A stretch of DNA of 64,000 nt, from positions 1-64,000 of the forward strand of contig NIVC01000169.1 in the NCBI GenBank assembly GCA_002269645.1, in the 5' to 3' direction. The stretch comes from Macrostomum lignano (Eukaryota). A program made the translations under genes and the position numbers. The notes under the pieces are model-generated. The model made no database searches. It was not told where the DNA came from and was given only the letters and a program-made list of their open reading frames with translations. This document shows, in pieces, positions 48,822-61,579 of the stretch; positions within the stretch are counted from its first letter, which is position 1, and each line of letters begins with the position of its first letter.

Positions 48822-51479
48822 GGCTGCAACTATTGGCACCGCTGGGATGTGGCGGAATTAACATCATTCACTGGGCTGTATCCGCTATAGATAAGATGTA
48901 TAAAGTCAGGGACTACTAAAACACGGGACAGGAAACTGGCCAGATCATGCAGAAAAAAGTTGGAGGCAGCTATTTCTAAGGCTCTGTAAAGTTTATTATT
49001 GAACGTAGAAAGCTGGTTTCTTTACCATCCTGTACAGAATTTATCCCTCTACAAGATGCACAACTCTACATCAGCATGCTCGGTATCAGAGAAATCGCTG
49101 AGTAAATTTCAGAGTAATAACAAGGAAATTTGTATGTATCCCTCACTTGCCCTGGGCGAACGTCTATGGTCTCAGTGTAAATTCCATTTATTTGCATTGG
49201 TGCAAATAAACGGTTTATTTCATTTGCCCAAAGACAATATTAAAACGCCGTTTCTAACTGCTCACTTGGCTACATAGAGAGAATTGACTGAATTGTATAG
49301 AAATTCTGCTATAGACCATAGACATTGAATCATTTAAAAAAATTATCTTTAACGTTCTTAAGGCTTCGCATCGGTCAATAAACTGGTCACTCAAGCATTT
49401 ATTGCCCTAGCACGGGTATAAATGGGGAATATTAAAGATTAAAGAGCTATCAAAGACTAATTTCGTAATTTTCAGACAACACAGCAGAAGCAGCAGCTAC
49501 AAGCTTAACTGAATAGCGATGATGCTTGAGCAGAAACCCTCAGGCATTTCTTTAACCTTTTCGCGCCGGAGCTAGAAGTACAAGTTCTTTCCGTTTCTTC
49601 CCTTCTTTGGCCCGAATTATTCGGCTGAGAGCTCGTATCTTGGCCGAGGCGCAGCCGAGGCCTAGAAGCGAGCTCGTAGCCGTGGACTTTGGGCCATAGA
49701 CAGAAAGAAACGGAAAGAATCTATTTCTTCCAAACTTGGACCGGGCCAAAGAAATGATAGGCCTGGCCAAAGAAATGAAAAAAAAGCATTGAACCATAGA
49801 CAGACACGGCTCAGCTAAGTGGGAAAGAAATACAAAAGCTCCGTTCCTGCTGACATGGTCAGCTGGGCTGGCCATAGACTATAGCTGGAATCGTAACGCG
49901 CCCTGTGCAAAGCCTTTATAGCCAAGAAGGGAGCATTTTATACTTGGCTTGGACAAATCTAGGGTCGAAAAAAAGCTGTTTCAAAGTGCATTTTAACTTA
50001 ATGCTCTCTATATAGATTATGCAGTGTGTACACTACTCGATATCTAGCAATAGACACTACAGTTCACTTTAAAATCTGCAAACAGGCATTTTTGAAAGAG
50101 AAAGCACTGCACCTCCTTAATAAGAGTAGTGCATCATTTTATTGAAAAGTAAATCAGCTACAACCATGGAAATTTTGCATGGAAATTCTGAGATTGATGA
50201 TGTCATCACAAAAATGCTGAATTCCATTCAGATAAGTAGGATTTTTTCACCCATTTTTTGTATGATCAGCACTGCTGACCATGCTTGGCTGGAACAGCTA
50301 CTATGTAACACATAACTTTTCTTTTACCATAGACTCCAAAAAATATCAGCAGTAAAGGTTGTTTGTCCATGGTTAGCTCTGCTGACCATCCGGCAGCTTA
50401 AAAATCTAAATTCAATAAAAAAATCTAAGGAGCACTAGAAATACCAGCCTCTAACTATTTTCTACATCATCTGGGTAGTTTCCCAACATATTTTGGTGGC
50501 CATGCACAGCACTAGTGGCCAGGGGCAATCTAGCCAATGTATAATAATCAGTCAAATTACTTCAAAGTGTCCTCAAAGCTTATAGGCTTTGATTTGACAA
50601 TCAAATTCTAAATTTGATTTTGGGATTTCAGAGACAAAAACCTTGAAACTCTTTCTAATCTAACCTATCAAGCAGATGCAGAGCTTAATAATTGGTGCAA
50701 AGACTAGATATAAGTAGTATACGGTAAATAGACAAACTAACTTATTAAAGTAGCCTTTTAAATTTATACTGAAGAACCAAGTGCAAAAAAGCCATAGTTG
50801 AGGTAAAAAGTTTATGCTTTTTCATTTGTTTTTATTTTATTCCATTTTTAGTAATTTCTATAATATAGAAATAGAGTTACATTAAATATTAGATATTCTT
50901 TAATTATACAAGGTACAATGAGATTTCAAGTTTGTTTAATAATTTTATGATTTCTTATGATTTTTTATGATAAATCTTATTTGCCCAAATAAAAAAACAT
51001 TCTAGTTTTAAAAATTGGTCAAATAAATTATTAAAAAATTACAAAAATGTTTTATAAAATTTTTTTAATATTTTTATAATGCTTTTTGCCAGTTAAGTAC
51101 TATGGCATGATCATTTTTTCCTAAATACAAACTTGATTTTTACTAATTATTTTTAACTTGAAATTTTTAGATATAACAAGCTGTTGAAACCTGCAGGTTT
51201 TGAACCTAGGGAATTCCAATGCCCATAACTATTTTTGCATGTATTCTAAAATCTGAGGCCATCCTAAAACAAAAACTTGTTAATAGTTAGTAGGATAGAA
51301 GTAAACATAAAGTAGAGTACATTTGTGTAAAATTAGGGTTTGAGGCAAACATTTGATATTGTTGGCTAGGGTGCTACACAAAATGTCAGACAATGTCAGT
51401 CTGACTCTAAAATATGTATGGCAAACTGTGGCCTCTGCCTCTGACTCCCCCTGTCTCTTGGATCTTTTAAAACTTCTAT

Positions 51480-51880
51480 CTTCTCTTCTATTTCCTTTCT
51501 TTTCTCTTATCCCCTGTCTCTCTTCTCTTCTCTTTTTCCTCTTATCTTTTCTCTTTTTTCCTTTCTCTTCTCTCCTTTCTTTTCTCATATATTTTCTCAT
51601 AGTTCTCTTCTCTTTCATCTCTCTTATCTCATCTTTTCTCTCTCCTCTCCACTCTTCTCTCTCTCCTCTCCACTCTCCTCTCTCTTCTCTCCCCTCTTCT
51701 CTCATCTCTTCCTTCTCCTCTCTATTCTTTTCTCTCTTCTTTTTCTCTCTCATTCTCATTCTTTTTCTCATTCCTCACTCTCCTCTCTCTCAACACTTCC
51801 TTCTTCTCTCTTCTCTCAACTCTCTCTTCTACTCACTCTCTTTTTTTCTTATCCCCTCTCTCGCCTCTCCTCTTTTTTAA
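51480..51880 (+). repeat. CT-rich low-complexity tract
   Basis: Direct reading of the sequence. Confidence 0.8.
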
Positions 51881-53131
51881 ATTGTTTATTCATTCTTCTT
51901 TCTACTCTCATCTGTCTCTCAGCCATGAACTAGATTATTTATCTAGCCTTGGAGATAAAAGTCTGTCTATCCTTGCTTGGAAAGCCAGTTTGTGGAACGT
52001 AGTACTCTCATGGTTTTTTCATGCTTTGAGCATATCATCTTTCTTCCCAATTTGTAGCTCCAAAAGGAATTTGTATATCTTTAGCTCCATTACAATCTGC
52101 ATCAGTCTAACAACCAAGGAAATATGCATTTCTTAGGAGGCCATTTAAATTTTTAAGTACCTTTAAGAAAAAATTGAAACTTCTATGGTATGACTAATTT
52201 AGTAGGGTTGCATTGCATCGTATTTGCATTAGAGGAATTAGGGTTGCATCATATCACATTTGCATTGCATCAAAAATGCATTGCATTGCATTTTCAGAAA
52301 TCTTTTACTTTTACAAACCATGCTAGGGTTGCCTTGATTTGCCAATTGCCATCCACTATAAAACTGCTATAGAGTTTCTTATACAGAGGGCAATGGTTAG
52401 AATTACTTATTAAACTGTTATAGCTAAACATGGCCTCACCATGGGGGTGCAAAGAAGGCTATAAATAAAGCTATTCCAAAACAATGTACATTGCTATTAT
52501 ATTCAGCCTTATCACCTAACCCTTATTCTGGCTTTGGGTAAAGGATTAAGTAAATGGCACATTTAATAGAAAAATCAGACAACTTTGCATGCTTATAGTT
52601 TTTGTCTTGATTGAGTTATAGACAGAGTTGAATCTTTACATTTGGACAAAAAATGAATCAATGAAGAATTTTCAAGTTTGAAGTCAATTGCTTTATGTGG
52701 AACAAGCTTATGGCAGCCAAAACTTAGTCAATTTTATAACCCTTTTTACATATCTAAGACCAGATTAAAAGAGTCAGGCAAAGGTTAGGATAGCTGCCTT
52801 ACTAACAAAAAAATCTAAATTTAAAAGTGCATAGCACCATTTAGGATTGACTTTGAGACTCATGATTTTTTTGAAATGTCAAAGTGTCGAAATAGATGAA
52901 GATTATTATGTGTCAAATTTGAAGACAATTGATAAAATTGGAGCAATGCTATGGAAGGTATAGTGAAAAATTGCACATTTTGAGCAGTTTTGTTTTGCAC
53001 TTTTAGGTAAGAAGACTTAGACTTATATTTTTTCTATCAAATGATAAAATTAATTTAATGCTAATTAGAATTTGCTATTTTTTAGCCTTTTTAATTTTAT
53101 CTTTTATCTAATAATAATATTGATAAACATA

Positions 53132-53343
53132 CTTGTATAACTTTTGCCAACACATTTTCAGAGATCTTCCAACACTTTTTACAACACTTTTTGCGACATT
53201 TTAAGTGTCATAAAGTGTCAAAAGATCTGTCTGAAAATGTGTCGGTGAAAGTTAACTGTTACGACACTTTTTGCAACATTTTAAGTGTCATAAAAAAGTG
53301 TCAGAAGATCTGTCTGAAAATGTGTTGGCAAAAGTTATACAGG
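53132..53343. mobile_element. Small MITE with ~37-bp terminal inverted repeats, TA-flanked
   Basis: cttgtataacttttgccaacacattttcaga pairs with tctgaaaatgtgttggcaaaagttatacagg. TA at 53130-53131 and 53344-53345. An internal direct duplication is also present. Confidence 0.7.
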
Positions 53344-54276
53344 TAAAGACTTCATTAGTAGATAGCCTGCAGAAGACTGCCGGACTCATAGCCATTAGAA
53401 AACAGGTTCCAGTGCCGGAACTCTAGCCATTAGGCCTAGGCCTACTGCAAACTTGCAAAGTTATTCATGTGCCAAAATCCTCATTTTTATTCAAATTTGG
53501 CTTCTGCATGCATATTGGCAAGTCTGCAAGTCATGGGATGATGGAACCCTCGGCCTGACTGCTCTGAAGTCCCTAGTTTACCTACAGTAGCCTAGCCTTT
53601 GCCCCTTGGTAGGCCTACTACTACTAGCTAACTAAGCTAGGCCCTACAATACAAAGTAGACAAGACAATGACAATGACATCATCACATCATCTACTTTAC
53701 CTTTAGGTTTAGTTCACTTAATAATAAAGGCGTAAAAGTTCAATAGAATACGTTTCGTTAATTTAAAACGTACTTATTTCATTAGCTTAGCAAAAACCAC
53801 TGCGTGCAAATATGATCAATGCATAGGCCAATAGAGGACTGGGCAAGTGAAGTTGAGCACTAAGACTGGGACATTTATGAAGAAAACCCGGCAATAAAAG
53901 ATGTGTTCAAATATTTTTTCTATCTTTAAAAAAAATAATCATGATGTATTTTATTCATTTTTTCTAATTAAAACGATTATTTTTTGCTTAAATTAAGGTA
54001 CTTTTTGTTAAAAAGAAATATATGTTTAAAAAAAATTTAAGATCGCATTAAGTTGTGAATTGTCAAGTAAGTTTATAAAAAAGTGAAAACAGTAATTGAT
54101 TTCTACGATACAGCATAAATACTTTATTCGAAGAAAAAATACATACTTGACAAGTTAGTTAAATAGTCCTTTTGTTACAATCACATTAACAGTGAAACAG
54201 AACATACATAAAGCATTATTATCGTATATTATTTGTTTTATAATTATCTGTGAGTACTTTTCACTTAAAATTTGCC

Positions 54277-57200
54277 ATGGCTGCCTCTGAATCCAGCCTA
54301 GAAAAGCTATATGATGTAATGAAGAACATTGAGATGAACAAAAAAACTGGAAAAAACATGGAGGTATGCTATATCAATTTTTGCTTTTTTTGCTACTGCC
54401 TACTTGCTAGTTGCTAGCCTACTACAAACAATACAATTGTCTGGAATCTAAGTAATCATTGTTGTAACTTATATAAAAATTTTTGTAGTTGATGTTCATT
54501 TTGTCTGCTGCCAGTTTGTCCACAACTCTTATCTGCAAAAATAAGATGTCATTTTGTCTACCTCTACTACAAAATATTAAATATGATATAAAAATTATAA
54601 GTGACAATTGTTATAATATAATGAGATAGTGATAGATAAAATACTCATTTTAATACGACCTAGTGATAATGGACAACTGTATTATTAGAAGTATAAACAT
54701 TCTAAAAAATAATAGTTAGACATAGGCGAGTGGCCATGTGGTAGGCCCCCCCTAACTAGTCATTTCACCTATATATAAACTGTTTTGGCCATGGCCATTT
54801 TGCCCTTATACCATTTCGCCCACAGACCATTTCACCCATAGACTGTTTCATCCATAGACCATTTTGGCCATGGACCATTTCTAAACTTTACAGTTTTAAA
54901 CTCTATGTTTTGATTTTCAATTTTGGTGAAAAAATCTTAAATTCTTTTAGTATTTCAAGCTTTATCTTGCTTTTATCTTGCTATAACCAAAAACCCTTTC
55001 TCATCCTCAGCTGTTCAAATTGGCTTTAATTGTCATACTTTCAAAAGGAATGACTTTTAAAAAACTCGTTATAATTCATAATCATAATAAACAAAATTGC
55101 AATAATGCAATTGTTGTAGCAACAATTCAGATCATAGTTTTTTACATATTAAAACTAAAAATTAGCATTGAAAAAAAGAAAATGAAGATACATGTATAGT
55201 TGTATCTCTAGTAAATACATAATACATAAATACCTATGTCTAAATTGGAGGCAAATAGTCTATGGCCAAACTGGTTTATAGGCAAAATGGTCTAAAGGTG
55301 AAATATCCATGGCTCAATTGGTTTGGGGACAAAATAACTGGAATTTGGCTGTCTATCTTCTATAATGCAAAAATTTATAACTTTTAATCTAAATAGTTTA
55401 AAAATAGTTTTTTTTAGTGAAAATATTTAATGTTTATATTTTTTGCCTTTTAAGTTTAATAAAATAGCTCTTTGAGGATTTTGGATAAATAATTTTTTGT
55501 TAGGATGCTACAATTTTAGCATAAAAAGATTAAAATTAGAATCCCAATTATCATTCATTATAATATATGGGTATTATATATTGTTAAAAAAATTTATAAT
55601 TAAAAGTTTTTTAGACTGTCTAATCTATAATACAAAAATATTAAAGAGACCCTTAAGAAAGCTAGTTGCTTCTACAACTCCCTACATGTTTAGTTTGCAA
55701 TCTCTATTGTAGCCAAGGTTTGAACTGTGCTTGACACCTTTTCCTACACTAGACACTACCAGTTTACCAGACTGTCTATACTACTTGGGGCTAATCTGTG
55801 CTGTCTATAATAATGTGCAATTGGCTAAAATAAGGCTTGCAGTTATTTATATTCTATATATCTATGTCTATAAAGGCCCATCCTAAATATATATTAAAAT
55901 ATTTGCACATTTTAGTTATTCCAACACATTTGATAATAAGTAGATTATCTTATTAGAGATAAAAGGCTTTGTTTGTCTTGGTAAACTTTAAGCAAAATTG
56001 TCATAAAATTAGTCAGAGGCATTATTGTCTATTTTACTTATTATCCTAAGCTGGCATGCATATATATAGGAATATACAGTATCCCTAACAACTTTTTTTA
56101 TTATTAGGCATGTACACTTCATTGTGCCTTGGGAATTGGCCTTCAATGGCATTAGCAGACCAAACTGCATAAGCAGACCAAAGCTAAGATTCCAATTTAG
56201 CCCCAAATTAATTGGACTGCACTTAGAATTGAGCCTGGGCTGCTGACACATGAAAACACCACAACTAAACCACAGGGCTAACAATTCTGAGGTTATCAAT
56301 ACTTTCAATACTATCATCAATACAGCTTTAATATTGCTCATTTGATAAGTAATTAAATATGAATGTGTAAATTGTACTTTGTAGAATGCTGCCCTGTTCA
56401 AAGTTATTCTGCAAGCAGCCAAAGGCGACTCAACTTCCAAGCGTTTGGCCTCTCAGTTTATTGCCCGGCTATTTAAAGATTTCCCAGACGAGCAGAAGAC
56501 GGCTTACAATGCGCTGATCGATCTAGTTGAAGACGAGGACACACTGGTCAGGCGGCAGGTTATTAGCGACCTGCCAAAGCTGTGCAAAGATGTGCCAATC
56601 TTTGCCCCGAAGGTGGCAGACGTTCTTGTCCAAGTGCTGCAGGCGGACGACAGTCAGGTGAGAGGGAAAGAAGGCGCGATTTCGTTTTTTTCCCAAGCCT
56701 TTTGTTACATTCCATGTTTTAGATAGAATTGGATCAAAAAACTGGTTTTTTAATATGCGGTTTGGTTTTTTTGTAGCAGATGTGGCCAAAACCCCTGAGG
56801 TTTCGGGGCCTCGGGTAAGGCGGCTAAATACAGTAGCGAATGCTGGAGTGACACATCTAGGTTAATATAGAATCTGTGCTTCAAAGTACCAGTCTGGTTA
56901 TGTAAGACTCCAAGTCTAAACTAGTTTGATTTCGGGCATGTATTAAAAATGTATAGGCAAAAATATAACTACTTTTTGGCCACCTACCCTACAATATGTC
57001 AATTCTACCCTAAAATAACTTGATTATATTAACTCCACAGGAACTGGCTCTGGCCAACCAGTCCCTTCTGCACGTGATTGGCGCTCATCCGGCCGAGGCG
57101 TTGACCGGCATCCTTGATCAGCTGACTCAGCCTGAGACGCCTGACCTTTGCCGGGAGCGAGCACTCCGTCTTCTAGCCGGCCGTGTGCAACAGGTGCCGC

Positions 57201-59873
57201 TGTCCGCCAAACTTGAAGAGCTGCTTGTTGAACGGCTTCAACCGTTGATTGATTCAGCTAGCGATGCTGAATTTATTAGCCTAGTTCAACTGCTGGCCTC
57301 GCTGAGCTGCATGCAGACCCTCACTGGCCGACAGCGACTGCTGGACATTGTTGGCAAGAAGGCCGCACTAGCTGGACCATTTCAGCCTGCCGATGCCGCC
57401 TTGCTAGCCAGGCTGAGGGAGTGCATTAAACAGGCTCTGCCTCTGCTGTCCGTGAGTGCCCGCCTGTTTTCCGCTTCTGTTTGGCTAGCTAAGATATTAG
57501 ATTTCTAGATCACCGGTTTCCAAAGAGCTTATTATATCCCCAGAAGCTTTCCCAGATCCTCAGCAGCTTCTCTAGATTCTCAGAAGCTTCCCTAGATCCT
57601 CAGCAGCTTCCCTAGATCCTCAGCAGCTTCCCTAGATCCTCAGCAGCTTCCCTAGATTCTCAGATGCTTCGCTAAATCCTCAGCAGCTTCTCTAGATTCT
57701 CAGCAGCTTCCCCAGATTCTCAGAAACTTCTCTAGATTCTCATCAGCTTCCCTAGATTCTCAGATGCTATGCTAAATCCTCAGCAGCTTCTCTAGATTCT
57801 CAGCAGCTTCCCCAGATCCTCAGAAACTTCTCTAGATTCTCATCAGCTTCTCTAGATTCTCATCAGCTTCTCTAGATTCTCATCAGCTTCTCTAGATTCT
57901 CAGCAGCATCTCTAGATCCTCAGCAGCTTTCCCAGATCCTCAAAAGCTTCTCTAGATTCTCAGCAGCTTCTCTAGATCCTCAGCAGCTTCCCCAAATCCT
58001 CAGCAGCTTCCCTAGATCCTCAGCAGCTTCCCTAGATCCTCAGCAGCTTCCCAAATCCTCAGCAGCTTCCCTAGATTCTCAGAAGCTTCCCTAAATTCTC
58101 AGCAGATTCTCTACATCCTCATCAGCTTCCCTACATCCTCATCAACTTCCCTACATCTTCAGCAGCTTCCCTACATCCATTAAGACTCGCTAAAATCCTC
58201 AGCAACTAGCTTTCCATTTACTAAACCCTTAAAACCCTTGCAGAAGAACATTAACGCCAAGCCATTCGTGATTTACTTTCTCGACAAAGTGTTGCCAGTC
58301 ATAGACAAGGTGCCCGCTGAGCTGGCTGGAGAGACTCCTCGGCTGGACCTGCTTAAATCGTTTGCCGAGCTGAGCAGCCACTCTGGTGAGTTTGTAGGAT
58401 AATGATATTTTGATTGCCCCTAATCAGCCCAACGTCTGTGCGGTCTAAATTTCCCGCATGTCTGTTTATATTCTGTTCTAATTCGCTCTGATAATCTAAA
58501 TAATCCGATCTAAATTACCCCGATAACCCGCTTTAAATCGCCCCGATAATCCGCTCTATATCGCCCCGATAATCCGCTCTAAATCGCCCCTATTATCTAT
58601 TCTAAATCGCCCCGATAAAACGATAATCCGCTCTAAATCACCCTGATAATCTGATCAAAATCGCCCTGATAATCCGCTCTAAATCGCCCCAATAATCCGC
58701 TTTAAATCGCCCCAATAATCCGCTCTAAATCGCCCCAATAATTCGCTCTAAATCGCAACGATAATCCGATTTAAATCGCTTCACCAAGGCGGCAACTTCG
58801 CCGCCACCGACGCCCAACTGACCGGCCTGCTGCGCCGTCTGACTGAGCGCCTAGCGTTGCCTAGCGACGCCGACGTTGACACGGACGCAGACACACCGGC
58901 CGCTGCCGTTGCCGCTGCCGCCGCCGACGCCGCCAGCCTGACTCACTCGGAGTGTCTTCTGTACGCGCTGCATCAGACCGCCCGTACTCGGCCAGACTTT
59001 CTGGCTGACCGCGCCGAACTGTTGGCCGATTTGCGCAAACGGCTGCAGCTGCTGCATCTGTGAGTACTGGGGTTTTTTGTAGATTTAGATCGTCATGTCC
59101 CTATTTGTTACTGTCAGTAGTTTTACAAGCTGGAAAATATAGGAAATAATATTGTTCTGTCTTTCTGCTTCCTCTCTGCTTTTTGTAGTAATTTAAGCTG
59201 TCAAGTCGGTCGGCAGCCTGTCAAACCAGTCCCAAATCCCAATGTCAGCAGCCTGTCAAACCAGTCCCAAACCCCAATGTCAGCAGCCTGTCAAACCAAT
59301 CCCAAATCCCAATGTCAGCAGCCTGTCAAACCAGTCCCAAATCCCAATGTCAGCAGCCTGTCAAACCAGTCCCAAACCCCAATGTCAGCAGCCTGTCAAA
59401 CCCCAATGTCAGAAGCCTGTCAAACCCCAATGTCAGCAGCCTGTCAAACCCCAATGTCAGCAGCCTGTCAAACGCTACTCCGCACTCCCAGGGCCGCCCA
59501 GTCCTACCAGCGCTCGCACAAGCCGGCTGCCGGCGAAGCAAAATGCCGATTGGCTGACAACATCGGCGCCCTGATGAAGGATTTATTTAGAAATCCGCCA
59601 ACCTACAAGGCCGAACTGACCCTATCTTGGAAGCCGCTGCCTCCGCCGCCGCCGTCTCCGCAGCCAATAGCGGCTCCAGCTGTGAAGTCGCCGACTGCTG
59701 CGCCGGATCAGCAGCGGAAGCGGCCGGCCAGCCAGCAGGACTGGGGCCGCGGCGGTGGCGGCGGCCAATTCGGCTACGGCAAAAGGGGCTTCGGTGGCGG
59801 CGGCGGCGCCGGACGAGGAAGCGGCGGCCGAGGCGGCGGTCGCGGCCGAGGCGGTGGCTACCGGCGCTGGTGA
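54277..59873 (+). CDS. API5: Apoptosis inhibitor 5. Exons 54277-54363, 56385-56657, 57041-57451, 58244-58385, 58789-59059, 59492-59873
   Basis: KRLASQFIARLFKDFP, LIDLVEDEDTLVRRQVISDLP, KVADVLVQVLQADDS, MKDLFRNPPTYKAELTLSWKP and an RG-rich C-terminus. All junctions are in phase. Confidence 0.92.
54780..55345. mobile_element. Possible non-autonomous element with inverted subterminal repeat clusters (API5 intron 1)
   Basis: ~17-bp units (accatttcgcccataga-like) at 54790-54885 face complementary units (tctatgg..aaaatggt) at 55255-55340. Ends and target-site duplication not resolved. Confidence 0.4.
57535..58190 (+). repeat. 20-bp minisatellite cctagatcctcagcagcttc, API5 intron 3
   Basis: Direct reading of the sequence. 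Confidence 0.92.
58485..58775 (+). repeat. 23-bp repeat atcgccccgataatccgctctaa, API5 intron 4
   Basis: Direct reading of the sequence. Confidence 0.85.
59205..59470 (+). repeat. 35/24-bp repeat cccaatgtcagcagcctgtcaaa, API5 intron 5
   Basis: Direct reading of the sequence. Confidence 0.88.
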
Positions 59874-60489
59874 GACCATCAGTAGTGCAGAAGCATCGAG
59901 TCGGAATGCAATGAAGTCTGGGTAATAAAACTATTTCTAATGTTGCTTTTGTCTAATGGCAGCCTGTTTATTGCCGCTATTAACAGTAATACTAAATGCT
60001 ATGCCTTAATAGTACATAATGTACGCTCGTCCTTATAACTTGGAACTTTAGTGTGTACAAGTATCAGAATTTTCATACTGTCTCATACTATTATATAAGC
60101 TAGTTTGTTGTCTCATAATTTCACATCTTCAAGTTCTAGTTCTTATCTTGTAGCCTTTTTAATAAAACAGCTTCTGCTCACAATTATAAGGCAACACAAA
60201 ACTGCGTGTCCCGTAGCCATTGTGGACCCGTTTGTAAGGGGGAAGTGCATTTTTTAACAATACCCCATCATTAATAAGCAGTGTTACAATAAATACCTAC
60301 TTGTGCGAGACTGCGCATCCAAATAAGCTGATTGCTTTGTTTGAAATGCTAATTTTGTACCCAGAGTCAGCTGACTTTGTCAATTTTATATACAAGTAGT
60401 TATTGGCACTATTGTGCAAAGCTCTGAGGTGACACTCTCATTCTCCTCCTTATGAGCCGTTTATTCCCTGTCAACTTCTTAACTGATCC

Positions 60490-61140
60490 TCGTGTTGATC
60501 CCTCCCAGATCCTTATAATCCTCATGTTGATACCCTCCAAAATCCTCAGCAATCCTCAGGTGTTGATCCCCTCCTGACTCCTCATCGATCCTCAGGTGTT
60601 GATCCACTCCCAAATCCTCATCGATCCTCAGGTGTTGATCCCCTCCCAAATCCTCATCGATCCTTAGGTGTTGATCCCCTCCCAAATCCTCATCAATCCT
60701 CATGTTGATCCCCTCCCAAATCCTCATCAATCCTTAAGTGTTGATCCCCTCCCAAATCCTCATCAATCCTCATGTTGATCCCCTCCCAAATCCTCATCAA
60801 TCCTTAAGTGTTGATCCCCTCCCAAATCCTCATCAATCCTCATGTTGATCCCCTCCTAAATCCTCATCAATCCTCATGTTGATCCTCTCCCAAATCCTCA
60901 TCGATCCTCATGTTGATCCCCTCCCAAATCCCCATCAATCCGCAGGTGTTGATCCCCTCCTAAATCCTCATCAATCCTCATGTTGATCCCCTCCCAAATC
61001 CTCATCGATCCTCATGTTGATCCCCTCCCAAATCCCCATCAATCCGCAGGTGTTGATCCCCTTCCCAAATCCTCATCGATCTTCAGGTGTTGATCCCCTC
61101 TTAAATCCACATCAATTCTCATGTTGATCCCCTCCCAATG
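60490..61140 (+). repeat. 34/36-bp minisatellite between API5 and the alpha2delta 3' end
   Basis: Unit gttgatcccctcccaaatcctcatcaatcctcat. Confidence 0.9.
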
Positions 61141-61579
61141 GATCCCATAAATCTCAAATGTATTTTTGTACCTGCTTTTGAATGAAAAAGCAAAATAATT
61201 AAAACCAGATGGTGTTTTTAAGTGATCTGAAAATGGCAAAGGTCTGTTTATTGTGTAATTTTATACAACATATCAGGTTTTCCTGTACTTAATAAGGTAA
61301 GAGCTTTTACAATAAAATTCAGTATTTAAAACACACGGAAGCACACACTGTGCATAGAAAACAAGTTTAAATGTACCTATAACGTGTTGCTTGAACTGCA
61401 ATCGAATACTGCCTTGTGGTTTAAAGTAAAAAATTGACTACAGTATATAGTCGCAGCATTTCAGTATGTTATGGGGAGAATTGTTTCGGGTATAAGTGCA
61501 CAGTAATAAGGGGAATTAAAAGGAAGTACATGTACTAAGACGTTGACTATATCCTCTTGCCACGATAGTCACTTAGCTT

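Noticed and set aside
49552-49875. 107-aa minus-strand ORF upstream of the CCSER-like gene
   Set aside because: No homology recognised and no in-phase link to the downstream exon established.
52200-52335. ttagggttgc motifs as telomeric repeats or element ends
   Set aside because: Only about three scattered copies, no tandem array and no inverted partner.
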